A program made the position numbers and the translations under genes. 64,000 nt of DNA, taken from contig MHAY01000038.1 of the NCBI GenBank assembly GCA_001804705.1, positions 1,738-65,737 on the forward strand. The letters run 5' to 3'. Positions 56,704 through 64,000 of the stretch are shown here, one piece after another; position 1 is the stretch's first letter; each line of letters opens with the position of its first letter. The notes beneath the pieces were generated by a model. The model was not told the origin of the DNA. It did not search any database and was given only the letters and a program-made list of their open reading frames with translations. Origin of the DNA: Ignavibacteria bacterium RIFOXYC2_FULL_35_21 (GTDB lineage Bacteria; Bacteroidota; Ignavibacteria; Kapaibacteriales; UBA2268).

Positions 56704-58231
56704 ATCTACATACATTGATGAAATACCATTAAATCATAGAAAAGACTATGGTCAGTATTTTACTCCCCCCAATGTTGCACGAATAATGGCAAATTGGATT
56801 ATGAAACATAATCCTCAAACAATATTAGACCCTGCATTCGGTCTCGGCATTTTTTATGATGAAATAAAAAAGATAAATTCTTTAAATTATTCGAAATTTA
56901 TTGGATACGAAATTGATAGCAAAATCTTGACCTACATTGATTATAACAGTAATAAAAATATAACATTATTAAACAACGATTATTTAGAATCCGATATAGG
57001 TAAATTTGATGGAATAATCTGTAATCCTCCATATATGAGATTTCAAAAGTTCTTAAATCGCCATAATGTATTACCAATTATTGAACAAAAAATTGGGAAA
57101 AAGCTTGTAGGATATTCAAATATAGCATCTGTCTTTTTGGTCAAATCATTAAGTGAACTCAATAAAAATGGAAAACTAGCATATATAATGCCACTCGAAT
57201 TCTTTAATACTGGTTATGGCAAAGAAATTAAGAAAAGTTTACTTGAAAACCACCTCCTGAAACACATAATAATTTTTGAAAACGAAAAAGAAATATTTCC
57301 TGATGCTACAACTACTGTCTGCATCCTTCTTTGTTCAAATGATGATAAAAATGAAAATATAAAAATTACACTTGTTAAATCAGAAGAGGAGATTAATAAT
57401 AAACATGATGTTGATAATTTAAATTACTTTGAGATTAAGATAAATAATCTCCCCTTTAATAAAAAATGGTCACCTATATTTTTATCGTTTTTTTCAGAAC
57501 AGAAAATTCCAGAAGGTTTTACTAAAGTTAGTCTTTATGGTTCATTTAAACGAGGTATTGCAACAGGGGCAAACGATTTTTTTGCATTAACCAAGTCTGA
57601 TTTAATAAAATACAAAATAAGTAATAATAATATTTGTAAATGTATAACAAAAAGTTCGCAGCTAAAAAATCCAGTATTTACTGAGGATTATTTTCATGTC
57701 CTATACAATAATAATAAGCCTGTTTATTGTTTAGATATTAAAGACCATAATGAACAATCAATTATTGATTATTTGAAATTAGGAGTGAAACGAGGAGTGA
57801 ATACTCGTTATTTAACTAAAACGAGAAATCCTTGGTATAGGATCGAGAATAGAAAGCCAGCACCAATTTTATTTGGTGTATTTAGTCGGGGGCATCTAAA
57901 AGTAATAAGAAATTATTCAACTGCAATTAATTTCACCTGTTTTCATTCTTTTTATCCTAATTTTTTATTTGGTGGAAATGAGATTGATAAATTATTTGTT
58001 TATTTTTTAAGTGATATAGGACAAGCAATTATTAAATTAAATAAAAGAGTTTATGGAGAAAATTTAGATAAATTAGAACCTGGTGACCTAAATGATTGTT
58101 TTTGTCCTAACTTAAATCAATTTGCTTTGATTCGGCAGGAAGAAGCAGAAAAAGTCATAGAAATTGCTAAAACAAATCAAGAATTAGCAGTCAAAATGAG
58201 CAATGAACTTATAGAACGGATAATAAAGTAA
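56696..58231 (+). CDS. N6-adenine DNA methyltransferase (gamma class) with C-terminal target-recognition domain
   Basis: YGQYFTP, motif I ILDPAFGLGIF, motif IV CNPPYMRF. Confidence 0.85.
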   Translation: MHESTYIDEIPLNHRKDYGQYFTPPNVARIMANWIMKHNPQTILDPAFGLGIFYDEIKKINSLNYSKFIGYEIDSKILTYIDYNSNKNITLLNNDYLESDIGKFDGIICNPPYMRFQKFLNRHNVLPIIEQKIGKKLVGYSNIASVFLVKSLSELNKNGKLAYIMPLEFFNTGYGKEIKKSLLENHLLKHIIIFENEKEIFPDATTTVCILLCSNDDKNENIKITLVKSEEEINNKHDVDNLNYFEIKINNLPFNKKWSPIFLSFFSEQKIPEGFTKVSLYGSFKRGIATGANDFFALTKSDLIKYKISNNNICKCITKSSQLKNPVFTEDYFHVLYNNNKPVYCLDIKDHNEQSIIDYLKLGVKRGVNTRYLTKTRNPWYRIENRKPAPILFGVFSRGHLKVIRNYSTAINFTCFHSFYPNFLFGGNEIDKLFVYFLSDIGQAIIKLNKRVYGENLDKLEPGDLNDCFCPNLNQFALIRQEEAEKVIEIAKTNQELAVKMSNELIERIIK

Positions 58232-58275
58232 ACAAACAGTAATTGAAAAACCATATCTCCAGAAATTTGTTAAAC

Positions 58276-58404
58276 CTACAGCAAAACATATATGAGATTA
58301 ATTTTTGTTTTGCAATTATCTTTCCTCCATAAATTCTTAGCATCTTCGTAGGTTCCCCATGCTTTTTCCATCCTGTATTTTATTAGTTCTTTTGGGGATT
58401 TCAT
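58276..58404 (-). pseudogene. Truncated HEPN-domain gene (first 42 codons only)
   Basis: MKSPKELIKYRMEKAWGTYEDAKNLWRKDNCKTKINLIYVLL*. Starts 1 nt after the MNT stop. About 45 nt remain before the methyltransferase stop. Confidence 0.7.
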
Positions 58405-58405
58405 A

Positions 58406-58759
58406 CTATAATGCTACTCTTTCCTGTTGGACATTTATATGGAAAGGTGTTTGTCGTATTAATTTGTCTTTTTGCCAAAAATCTTTGTTTCTGATTATTG
58501 TATTAAAGATTATTCCTTTGTTTAATTCAATTTCATATAATTCATTGTTGAGTCTTTCTTTTCGAGGCCAGTCAACTTTTCCGTCAAGCAAAATGAGCAA
58601 ATCCCAATCCGAATTTCTTTTGTTTGTACCTCTTGCTCTCGAACCAAAAAGATATACTTCGGAACCAGGCTCAATCTTTGAAATCAGTTGTTTAATTTCA
58701 TTCTTTATTGCTTCATCCTTTGTTACAAATTTGACGTTATTTTTATTATTTTTCCTCAT
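58406..58759 (-). CDS. Minimal nucleotidyltransferase (MNT), partner of HEPN
   Basis: LFGSRARGTNKRNSDWDLLIL (GS...G...DxD). Confidence 0.8.
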   Translation of the reverse strand: MRKNNKNNVKFVTKDEAIKNEIKQLISKIEPGSEVYLFGSRARGTNKRNSDWDLLILLDGKVDWPRKERLNNELYEIELNKGIIFNTIIRNKDFWQKDKLIRQTPFHINVQQERVAL

Positions 58760-58871
58760 AATAAAATTTACGTTTCAGAGGATTTAATATTTTGAAAAAA
58801 TTGATAATTGATAATTTTTGCAAATTTAGAATAAAAAAATTTATTTTAAATTTTAAATTTCAAATTCAAAA

Positions 58872-59879
58872 TTATTCCTTGTAGTCTTCTACATCCTTAA
58901 CCTGTCTCAATCCGATGAATCCTTTGTCCTTGCGTTCAATGGCTTTCAGGGCTGAAGCATAAATCTCTTTCCATGTCAATCCGAATTTTACCATTAACTC
59001 TTCCGGTTCGCCGCTGCAACCGAATTTATCCCTCACACCAACAAATTCCATAGGGACAGGATAATTCTTCACAATAACTTCTGCGACTGCACCACCCAAG
59101 CCTCCATGAACCTGGTGTTCTTCGGCAGTAACGATACATCCGCAATCCCTTGCCGCATTGACTAATGTTTCAACGTCAATCGGCTTGATTGTATGATTGT
59201 TAATTACACGTGCATTGATTCCTTTTTTACTTAGTTCTTCTGCGGCGAGTAATGCTTCCCATACCAATAATCCGCATGCAACGATAGCTACATCTTTTCC
59301 TTCTCTCAGGATATTAGCTTTACCTATTTCAAATGGAGTTTCATCTGTAGTAAACATAGGAACTGCCGACCTGCCGAACCTGATGAAGCAGGGACCGAAT
59401 TTTTCACCGATTGCAATTGTAGCTTTTTTCGTTTCGAGATAATCGCAAGGTACAACAAGAGTCATATTCGGAAGAGTACGAACAAAAGAAATTTCCTCCA
59501 AAGCCTGATGTGTAGCACCGTCGGGACCAACTGTAATACCTGAATGACCGCCGCCGATTTTAACATTTACATCATTATATGCTATGGATATTCTTAGCTG
59601 GTCGGCATTTCGGAAAGCAGAGAATGCACTATAACTTGCAAAGAAAGCTATTTTTCCGGATAAGGCAAAACCCGCGGCAATTGTTGTTGCATTTTGCTCG
59701 GCGACACCTATCGAGAAAAATCTTTCAGGAAAACGTTCCTGGAAATAGGATGTCATCACAGAGCCTGTAATGTCTCCGCCAAGAACAATCACGTTATCAT
59801 ATTTTTCACCAAGCACAACAAGCCCTTCGCCGAATCCATGGCGTGTAGGTTTTTTTCCGAGAAGTTTTATTTCGTTCAT
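58872..59879 (-). CDS. Transketolase, C-terminal (pyrimidine-binding) subunit
   Basis: Start moved to MNEIKLLGKKPTRHGFGEG (ATG 59879). The track's upstream extension reads through a repeat. Confidence 0.9.
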   Translation of the reverse strand: MNEIKLLGKKPTRHGFGEGLVVLGEKYDNVIVLGGDITGSVMTSYFQERFPERFFSIGVAEQNATTIAAGFALSGKIAFFASYSAFSAFRNADQLRISIAYNDVNVKIGGGHSGITVGPDGATHQALEEISFVRTLPNMTLVVPCDYLETKKATIAIGEKFGPCFIRFGRSAVPMFTTDETPFEIGKANILREGKDVAIVACGLLVWEALLAAEELSKKGINARVINNHTIKPIDVETLVNAARDCGCIVTAEEHQVHGGLGGAVAEVIVKNYPVPMEFVGVRDKFGCSGEPEELMVKFGLTWKEIYASALKAIERKDKGFIGLRQVKDVEDYKE

Positions 59880-59913
59880 ATAATATAAAGTCCATTTGAT
59901 AATAAATAAATGA

Positions 59914-60052
59914 ATAGCCACTACTTTTAAGTAGTGGTGATAGTTCATTCTCACAAATAGGGATTGAACTCTGTAGAGACAGGTCTGAGACCTGTCTCTA
60001 CGTCGGAAATTTATGGCTATAAACCTCCACTATCTGAAGATAGTGGCTATTC
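59914..60052. repeat. Cluster of three palindromes, including a GTAG-AGACAGG family REP
   Basis: ccactacttttaagtagtgg, gtagagacaggtctgagacctgtctctac (59973..60001), ccactatctgaagatagtgg. Confidence 0.8.
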
Positions 60053-60133
60053 AAAAAGTATTTAAAGAACAAATCTAATTTATAATTTTTTATTTTCCAT
60101 CGCATCACCAGTAGTCATTAATTCAGTGAGACT

Positions 60134-60784
60134 TTAATTTTGTTTACTTTCTGTTTCTATCTTTTTCTTCGCTACGTCAATCAATTTATTCAAGTCAAAA
60201 AATTTGACAAATTCTTCAAATTCAGGTAATGTATTATTCCAACTCGAAATTTCAAATTTTAATATAAATCTATAACAATATAAGAAGCTTATTGCTCCGC
60301 TGTTTGATTTGTCGTGCCACATATTGTAACCTTCGCCACAGGGTAGATTATATTTGACCGTTGTTTTACCAAATTCCTTGGGAATAGTAATAAAATCACT
60401 CAGTTCGTCAGATGAAATATTATCATAAGAGCCATAATCAGTCAGGGTAATTGTAAAGAAAGTAGTTCTCGATAACTGATATTCAACAGAACAGGATATG
60501 ATTTGATTTAATTTCCCATTTCTTCTACCGGAAGAAGGTGGCGATGCTACCGCATTCAAAACAGAATCAGGAAAAAATTTAAGCAATTCTTCAACTTTGA
60601 ATGGAATTTTTGTTTGTATATTGATTGAACATTTTGTCGCTTTTTTTATATTTTTTTTCTTTATTGATTTTTTTATTGATTTTTCTTTGTTTGATTTTTT
60701 TTGAGAACCTAAAGAAAAAGAATTAGAAGTTCCAGCAAGAAACAAAGTAAAAATCAGGAATAAAATAAAAATTATCAACTTCAT
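60134..60784 (-). CDS. Hypothetical secreted protein with K-rich linker, inserted between the transketolase subunit genes
   Basis: Signal peptide and a low-complexity KKSIKKSIKKK segment. No family recognised. Confidence 0.5.
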   Translation of the reverse strand: MKLIIFILFLIFTLFLAGTSNSFSLGSQKKSNKEKSIKKSIKKKNIKKATKCSINIQTKIPFKVEELLKFFPDSVLNAVASPPSSGRRNGKLNQIISCSVEYQLSRTTFFTITLTDYGSYDNISSDELSDFITIPKEFGKTTVKYNLPCGEGYNMWHDKSNSGAISFLYCYRFILKFEISSWNNTLPEFEEFVKFFDLNKLIDVAKKKIETESKQN

Positions 60785-60803
60785 TTTTTCATCCTTATTG
60801 TAA

Positions 60804-61706
60804 TCACATCAATTCTTCAAGTGCGATTTTAGCTTGTTCTTCATTAGGCGGATTGCCGTGCCAAATATATTTGTCTTCCATGAAGGAGACTCCCTTGCCC
60901 ATTATTGTTTTGGCAATAATGACTGTCGGTTTTCCGATTTTCGATTCATTATTTGAAATAAATTTATTAAAAGCATTTATTATTTCAGTGTAATTATGCC
61001 CGTCAATATTAATCACATCGAACCTGAATGCTTCAAATTTTTTATCAACGGGATAAATACTCATTACATCTTTTACCCTTCCGTCAATCTGGCAGTCATT
61101 GTTATCGAGTATCCAGCAGAGATTATCGAGTTTATAATTACCGGCTGCCATTGCCGCTTCCCATACTACCCCTTCCTCGACTTCTCCGTCGCCTGTTAAG
61201 GCAAATACTCTTCGGTTATTTTTGTCAACAAGCTTATCGGACATTGCCATACCAACCGCAATGGAAATTCCCTGTCCGAGCGAACCCGTCGAGCTTTCGA
61301 TACCGGGTAGTTTCATATCAAATCCGGGATGCCCCTGTAGCCTGCTTCCGTATTTGCGTAAACGGTATAGTTCTTCGGTTGAATAATATCCTGCTCTTGC
61401 AAGTGTAGAGTATAAAACAGGACACAAATGCCCGGCACTTAATACAAATCTGTCTCTTTCGTTCCAATCCGGCTTCTTGGGATTATACTTCATTACTCCA
61501 CCGAAAAATAAAACGGAGAATATGTCGGATGTTCCTAATGTCCCACCGCTATGGCCGGATTTTGCTAAATATAGACTTTTGATTATATCCCTTCGAATTT
61601 CGAGAGCTATTTCAGAAAATTCTTCGGGTTTCCTTCTTTTATTGTCAAATGTTTTATCGGAAAAAGTAACTTCAAGAGCCATTACAGACACATTAAATAT
61701 TTTCAA
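60804..61706 (-). CDS. Transketolase, N-terminal (TPP-binding) subunit
   Basis: SGHSGGTLG, GSLGQG, GDGEVEEG motifs. The true start may be the internal MALEV. Confidence 0.9.
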   Translation of the reverse strand: MKIFNVSVMALEVTFSDKTFDNKRRKPEEFSEIALEIRRDIIKSLYLAKSGHSGGTLGTSDIFSVLFFGGVMKYNPKKPDWNERDRFVLSAGHLCPVLYSTLARAGYYSTEELYRLRKYGSRLQGHPGFDMKLPGIESSTGSLGQGISIAVGMAMSDKLVDKNNRRVFALTGDGEVEEGVVWEAAMAAGNYKLDNLCWILDNNDCQIDGRVKDVMSIYPVDKKFEAFRFDVINIDGHNYTEIINAFNKFISNNESKIGKPTVIIAKTIMGKGVSFMEDKYIWHGNPPNEEQAKIALEELM

Positions 61707-61855
61707 AAAATCAGTTAATAAATTTTTTCAAATTACAAAATTAAATAATTTTGGCATTAACGAAGAGTTAGTGAGTTATTAACAATTTCTGAACATTGGT
61801 GATATTTGGCAAATGAATTGTTCAAATTATATATTAAAAGTCAGGAGTTAAAAAG

Positions 61856-62182
61856 ATGAAAGTAAACAAACTTCCTTTATTTGTATTATCAATAGCAATA
61901 TTAATTTTTGATGCAGTAGCTTTAATTATATGGTTATCAAGCAGCCCAAATATATTTAATGATATCCGAATATTTTATTACAGTATATTGAGCAATATGT
62001 TTTCATTAGTTATTTTTGCCGACTTGATTGTGTTTTCAATTATTGCAATTATGTGGATGTATTTTGACAGCACAAGAAGAAAAATGAAATTTCATTATAG
62101 GATGATAATAATATTTTCGGCATTGATTATAGGTTCTCCTGTTTTACTTATGTATTTAGCTTGCGGGAAAAAAGATGAGTGA
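61856..62182 (+). CDS. Small 3-4 TM membrane protein
   Basis: SD aggag upstream. Overlaps the ubiE start by 8 nt. Confidence 0.5.
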   Translation: MKVNKLPLFVLSIAILIFDAVALIIWLSSSPNIFNDIRIFYYSILSNMFSLVIFADLIVFSIIAIMWMYFDSTRRKMKFHYRMIIIFSALIIGSPVLLMYLACGKKDE

Positions 62183-62864
62183 AGAAATAAAAAATATGTT
62201 TTCGGTTATAGCCAGGAAATATGATTTAATCAACGACGTTTTGTCCTTCGGTATTCACAGAAGATGGCGAAAAAACACTGTAAGATTAGCAGAAGTGAAA
62301 GAAGGAATGAGAATATTAGACATAGCCTGTGGTACCGGTGATTTGGCTTTTGAATTTAAAAAAGCAGTGGGCAAGGATGGAAATGTAATTGGAGTTGATT
62401 TCAGTGAAGGAATGCTCGAATTAGCGAGAATAAAAGCAGAGCAAAAAGGAATTAACGTTGAATTTATAAATGATGATGCTTTGAATTTACCTTATGAAAA
62501 TAATAGGTTCGACAGAGCATCAATTGCTTTTGGTATAAGAAATGTGGACGATATAATCACTTGTTTAAAGGAAATGGCTCGTGTTGTTAATCAGGAAGGA
62601 AAAGTTGTAGTACTTGAGTTCGGCACACCTACGGGTATTTTCAAATTTTTTTATAAATTATATTCAAAGTTCATTATACCTTTAATTGGTAAGTTAATCT
62701 CTTATGATATAAGTTCATATCATTATCTTGTGGACACTATTTCGAAATTTCCTTATGGAGAAAATTTTTTGGAATTAATGAGCGAAGCAAATGTATTTAC
62801 TGAGAGTAAATCTTATAAAATGACTTTTGGTATTGTTTATTTATATATTGGTATAGTTAAGTAA
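62175..62864 (+). CDS. ubiE: Demethylmenaquinone / ubiquinone-menaquinone C-methyltransferase
   Basis: FS.IARKYDLINDVLSFGIHRRWR and SAM motif LDIACGTGD. Confidence 0.9.
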   Translation: MSEEIKNMFSVIARKYDLINDVLSFGIHRRWRKNTVRLAEVKEGMRILDIACGTGDLAFEFKKAVGKDGNVIGVDFSEGMLELARIKAEQKGINVEFINDDALNLPYENNRFDRASIAFGIRNVDDIITCLKEMARVVNQEGKVVVLEFGTPTGIFKFFYKLYSKFIIPLIGKLISYDISSYHYLVDTISKFPYGENFLELMSEANVFTESKSYKMTFGIVYLYIGIVK

Positions 62865-63026
62865 ATTTAAAGGGTATTACTAAATTGGTACACAAACCAT
62901 TCAAAATGAAGTATAATCATATTAAAGTCATACTTCGACAGGCTCAGTATGACATTCAGTATTGTCACTCTGAGTTTATCGAAGAGTGATAAGAAAATGT
63001 ATATATTTTAGTAATACCATTTAAAG
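62865..63026. mobile_element. MITE-like element: 20-bp terminal inverted repeats around the 63-bp double-hairpin core
   Basis: atttaaagggtattactaaa versus the reverse complement of tttagtaataccatttaaag (18/20 match). Core at 62927..62989. Confidence 0.6.
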
Positions 63027-63100
63027 ATTATTTCAATGATTAGAGTAATATTATTATTTTTGAAATAAATGTTAAATGAATTTGAAGATATGAGGTAATT

Positions 63101-63553
63101 ATGAATAAAGAAACATTTAATGATGTAATTAAATTTGCAATAGCAAGAGAACTCGAAGCGGCTCAATTTTATAAAGATATGGCAAATAAAACTAAGTACG
63201 ATTCTAATATTTTTCTTTTTCTTGAACTCGAGAAAATGGAACTGGGTCACGCCAAAACACTTGAGAATTTTAAAAATGAAGGCTGGAGTAATCCTGAGAT
63301 ACCAAATATACCCGACTTGAAAATCAGCGATTACATGGAAACACCGGAAGTTAATGATGGTATGACATACCAGGATGCTATTGTTCTGGCTATGAAAAGA
63401 GAGAAGGCAGCAGCTAAATTATATACTGATTTGGCTAATGAATTTACGGATACCGATACTAAGAATTTATTTTTAAGACTTGCATCTGAAGAATCAAAAC
63501 ATAAACTTCAATTAGAAACTTTATATGATGCTGAGATTTTGACTGAGAATTGA
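63101..63553 (+). CDS. Ferritin-like / rubrerythrin-family diiron protein
   Basis: Two E...ExxH half-sites (ELEAAQFY..EKMELGHAK; REKAAAKLY..EESKHKL). Confidence 0.75.
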   Translation: MNKETFNDVIKFAIARELEAAQFYKDMANKTKYDSNIFLFLELEKMELGHAKTLENFKNEGWSNPEIPNIPDLKISDYMETPEVNDGMTYQDAIVLAMKREKAAAKLYTDLANEFTDTDTKNLFLRLASEESKHKLQLETLYDAEILTEN

Positions 63554-63570
63554 TAATTTACTCATAAACC

Positions 63571-63599
63571 GTAGAGACAGAACTAAGTTCTGTCTCTAC
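63571..63599. repeat. REP-like palindrome, GTAG-AGACAG family
   Basis: gtagagacagaactaagttctgtctctac. Confidence 0.85.
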
Positions 63600-63838
63600 A
63601 ATAAATTCACCCTTCCATAAAATAATTCGGATTAGAATATTACAAGTCTTTTTATTAGCTAAAACTAAATTAAATCTTTATATTAGTTGTGGTTACAGAA
63701 GTGTAAATTTGGCAAATTTTTCGTTCTCGGACTGTAATATTAGTGTTTCTTTTGTAAATTTGTAATCTTATTATGTGTGATTAAATCTTTAATACATATA
63801 TAAGAAAATTAATACAGTTTTATGATTAGGAGAATTAA

Positions 63839-64000
<162 letters not shown>

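Noticed and set aside
58359-58787. 142-aa plus-strand ORF
   Set aside because: It is antisense to the MNT gene, which has the clear GS...DxD nucleotidyltransferase motif, and its sequence is hydrophobic and low-complexity. The same logic removes the many antisense ORFs inside sdhA, skp2, lpxD, pyk, lpxC-fabZ, the C25 gene, the propeller gene and others.

Overview
AT-rich chromosomal segment. The gene content suggests the Fibrobacteres-Chlorobi-Bacteroidetes group (Bacteroidota or Ignavibacteriota-like): an lpxC-fabZ fusion, a b558-type sdhCAB, several proteins with type IX secretion (T9SS) C-terminal sorting domains, and Shine-Dalgarno sites in use. Housekeeping content includes a partial S41 peptidase, ispH, sdhCAB, ychF, hydF, an HU-like gene, uppS-bamA-skp-skp-lpxD, pyk, ssb, lpxA with lpxC-fabZ, an L-lysine transaminase, cca, a split transketolase, ubiE and the start of a pyruvate:ferredoxin oxidoreductase. 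Three very large T9SS cargo proteins are present: a cysteine-rich protein, a 1945-aa C25 peptidase and a roughly 13-blade propeller. Small accessory modules are an AbiEii-type nucleotidyltransferase pair, an AlbA_2/ATPase regulator, a MazF/RHH pair, a type II restriction-modification (R-M) pair and an MNT gene with a truncated HEPN partner. I found no rRNA, tRNA, CRISPR array, integrase or transposase. The most unusual property is the density of short structured repeats. These include REP-like palindromes with a shared GTAG/CTAC foot, double-hairpin 'ctgag..cgaag' elements, 7-bp tandem arrays at gene ends and a 146-bp tandem unit. Several are translated in frame inside genes (pyk, the MazF-like toxin, and the C-termini of cca and hydF). 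The 2.2-kb lpxD-pyk spacer is a repeat graveyard that also breaks the conserved lpxD-lpxC/fabZ-lpxA cluster. All calls come from reading the sequence and the ORF track. No database search was run, so family names rest on recognised motifs.
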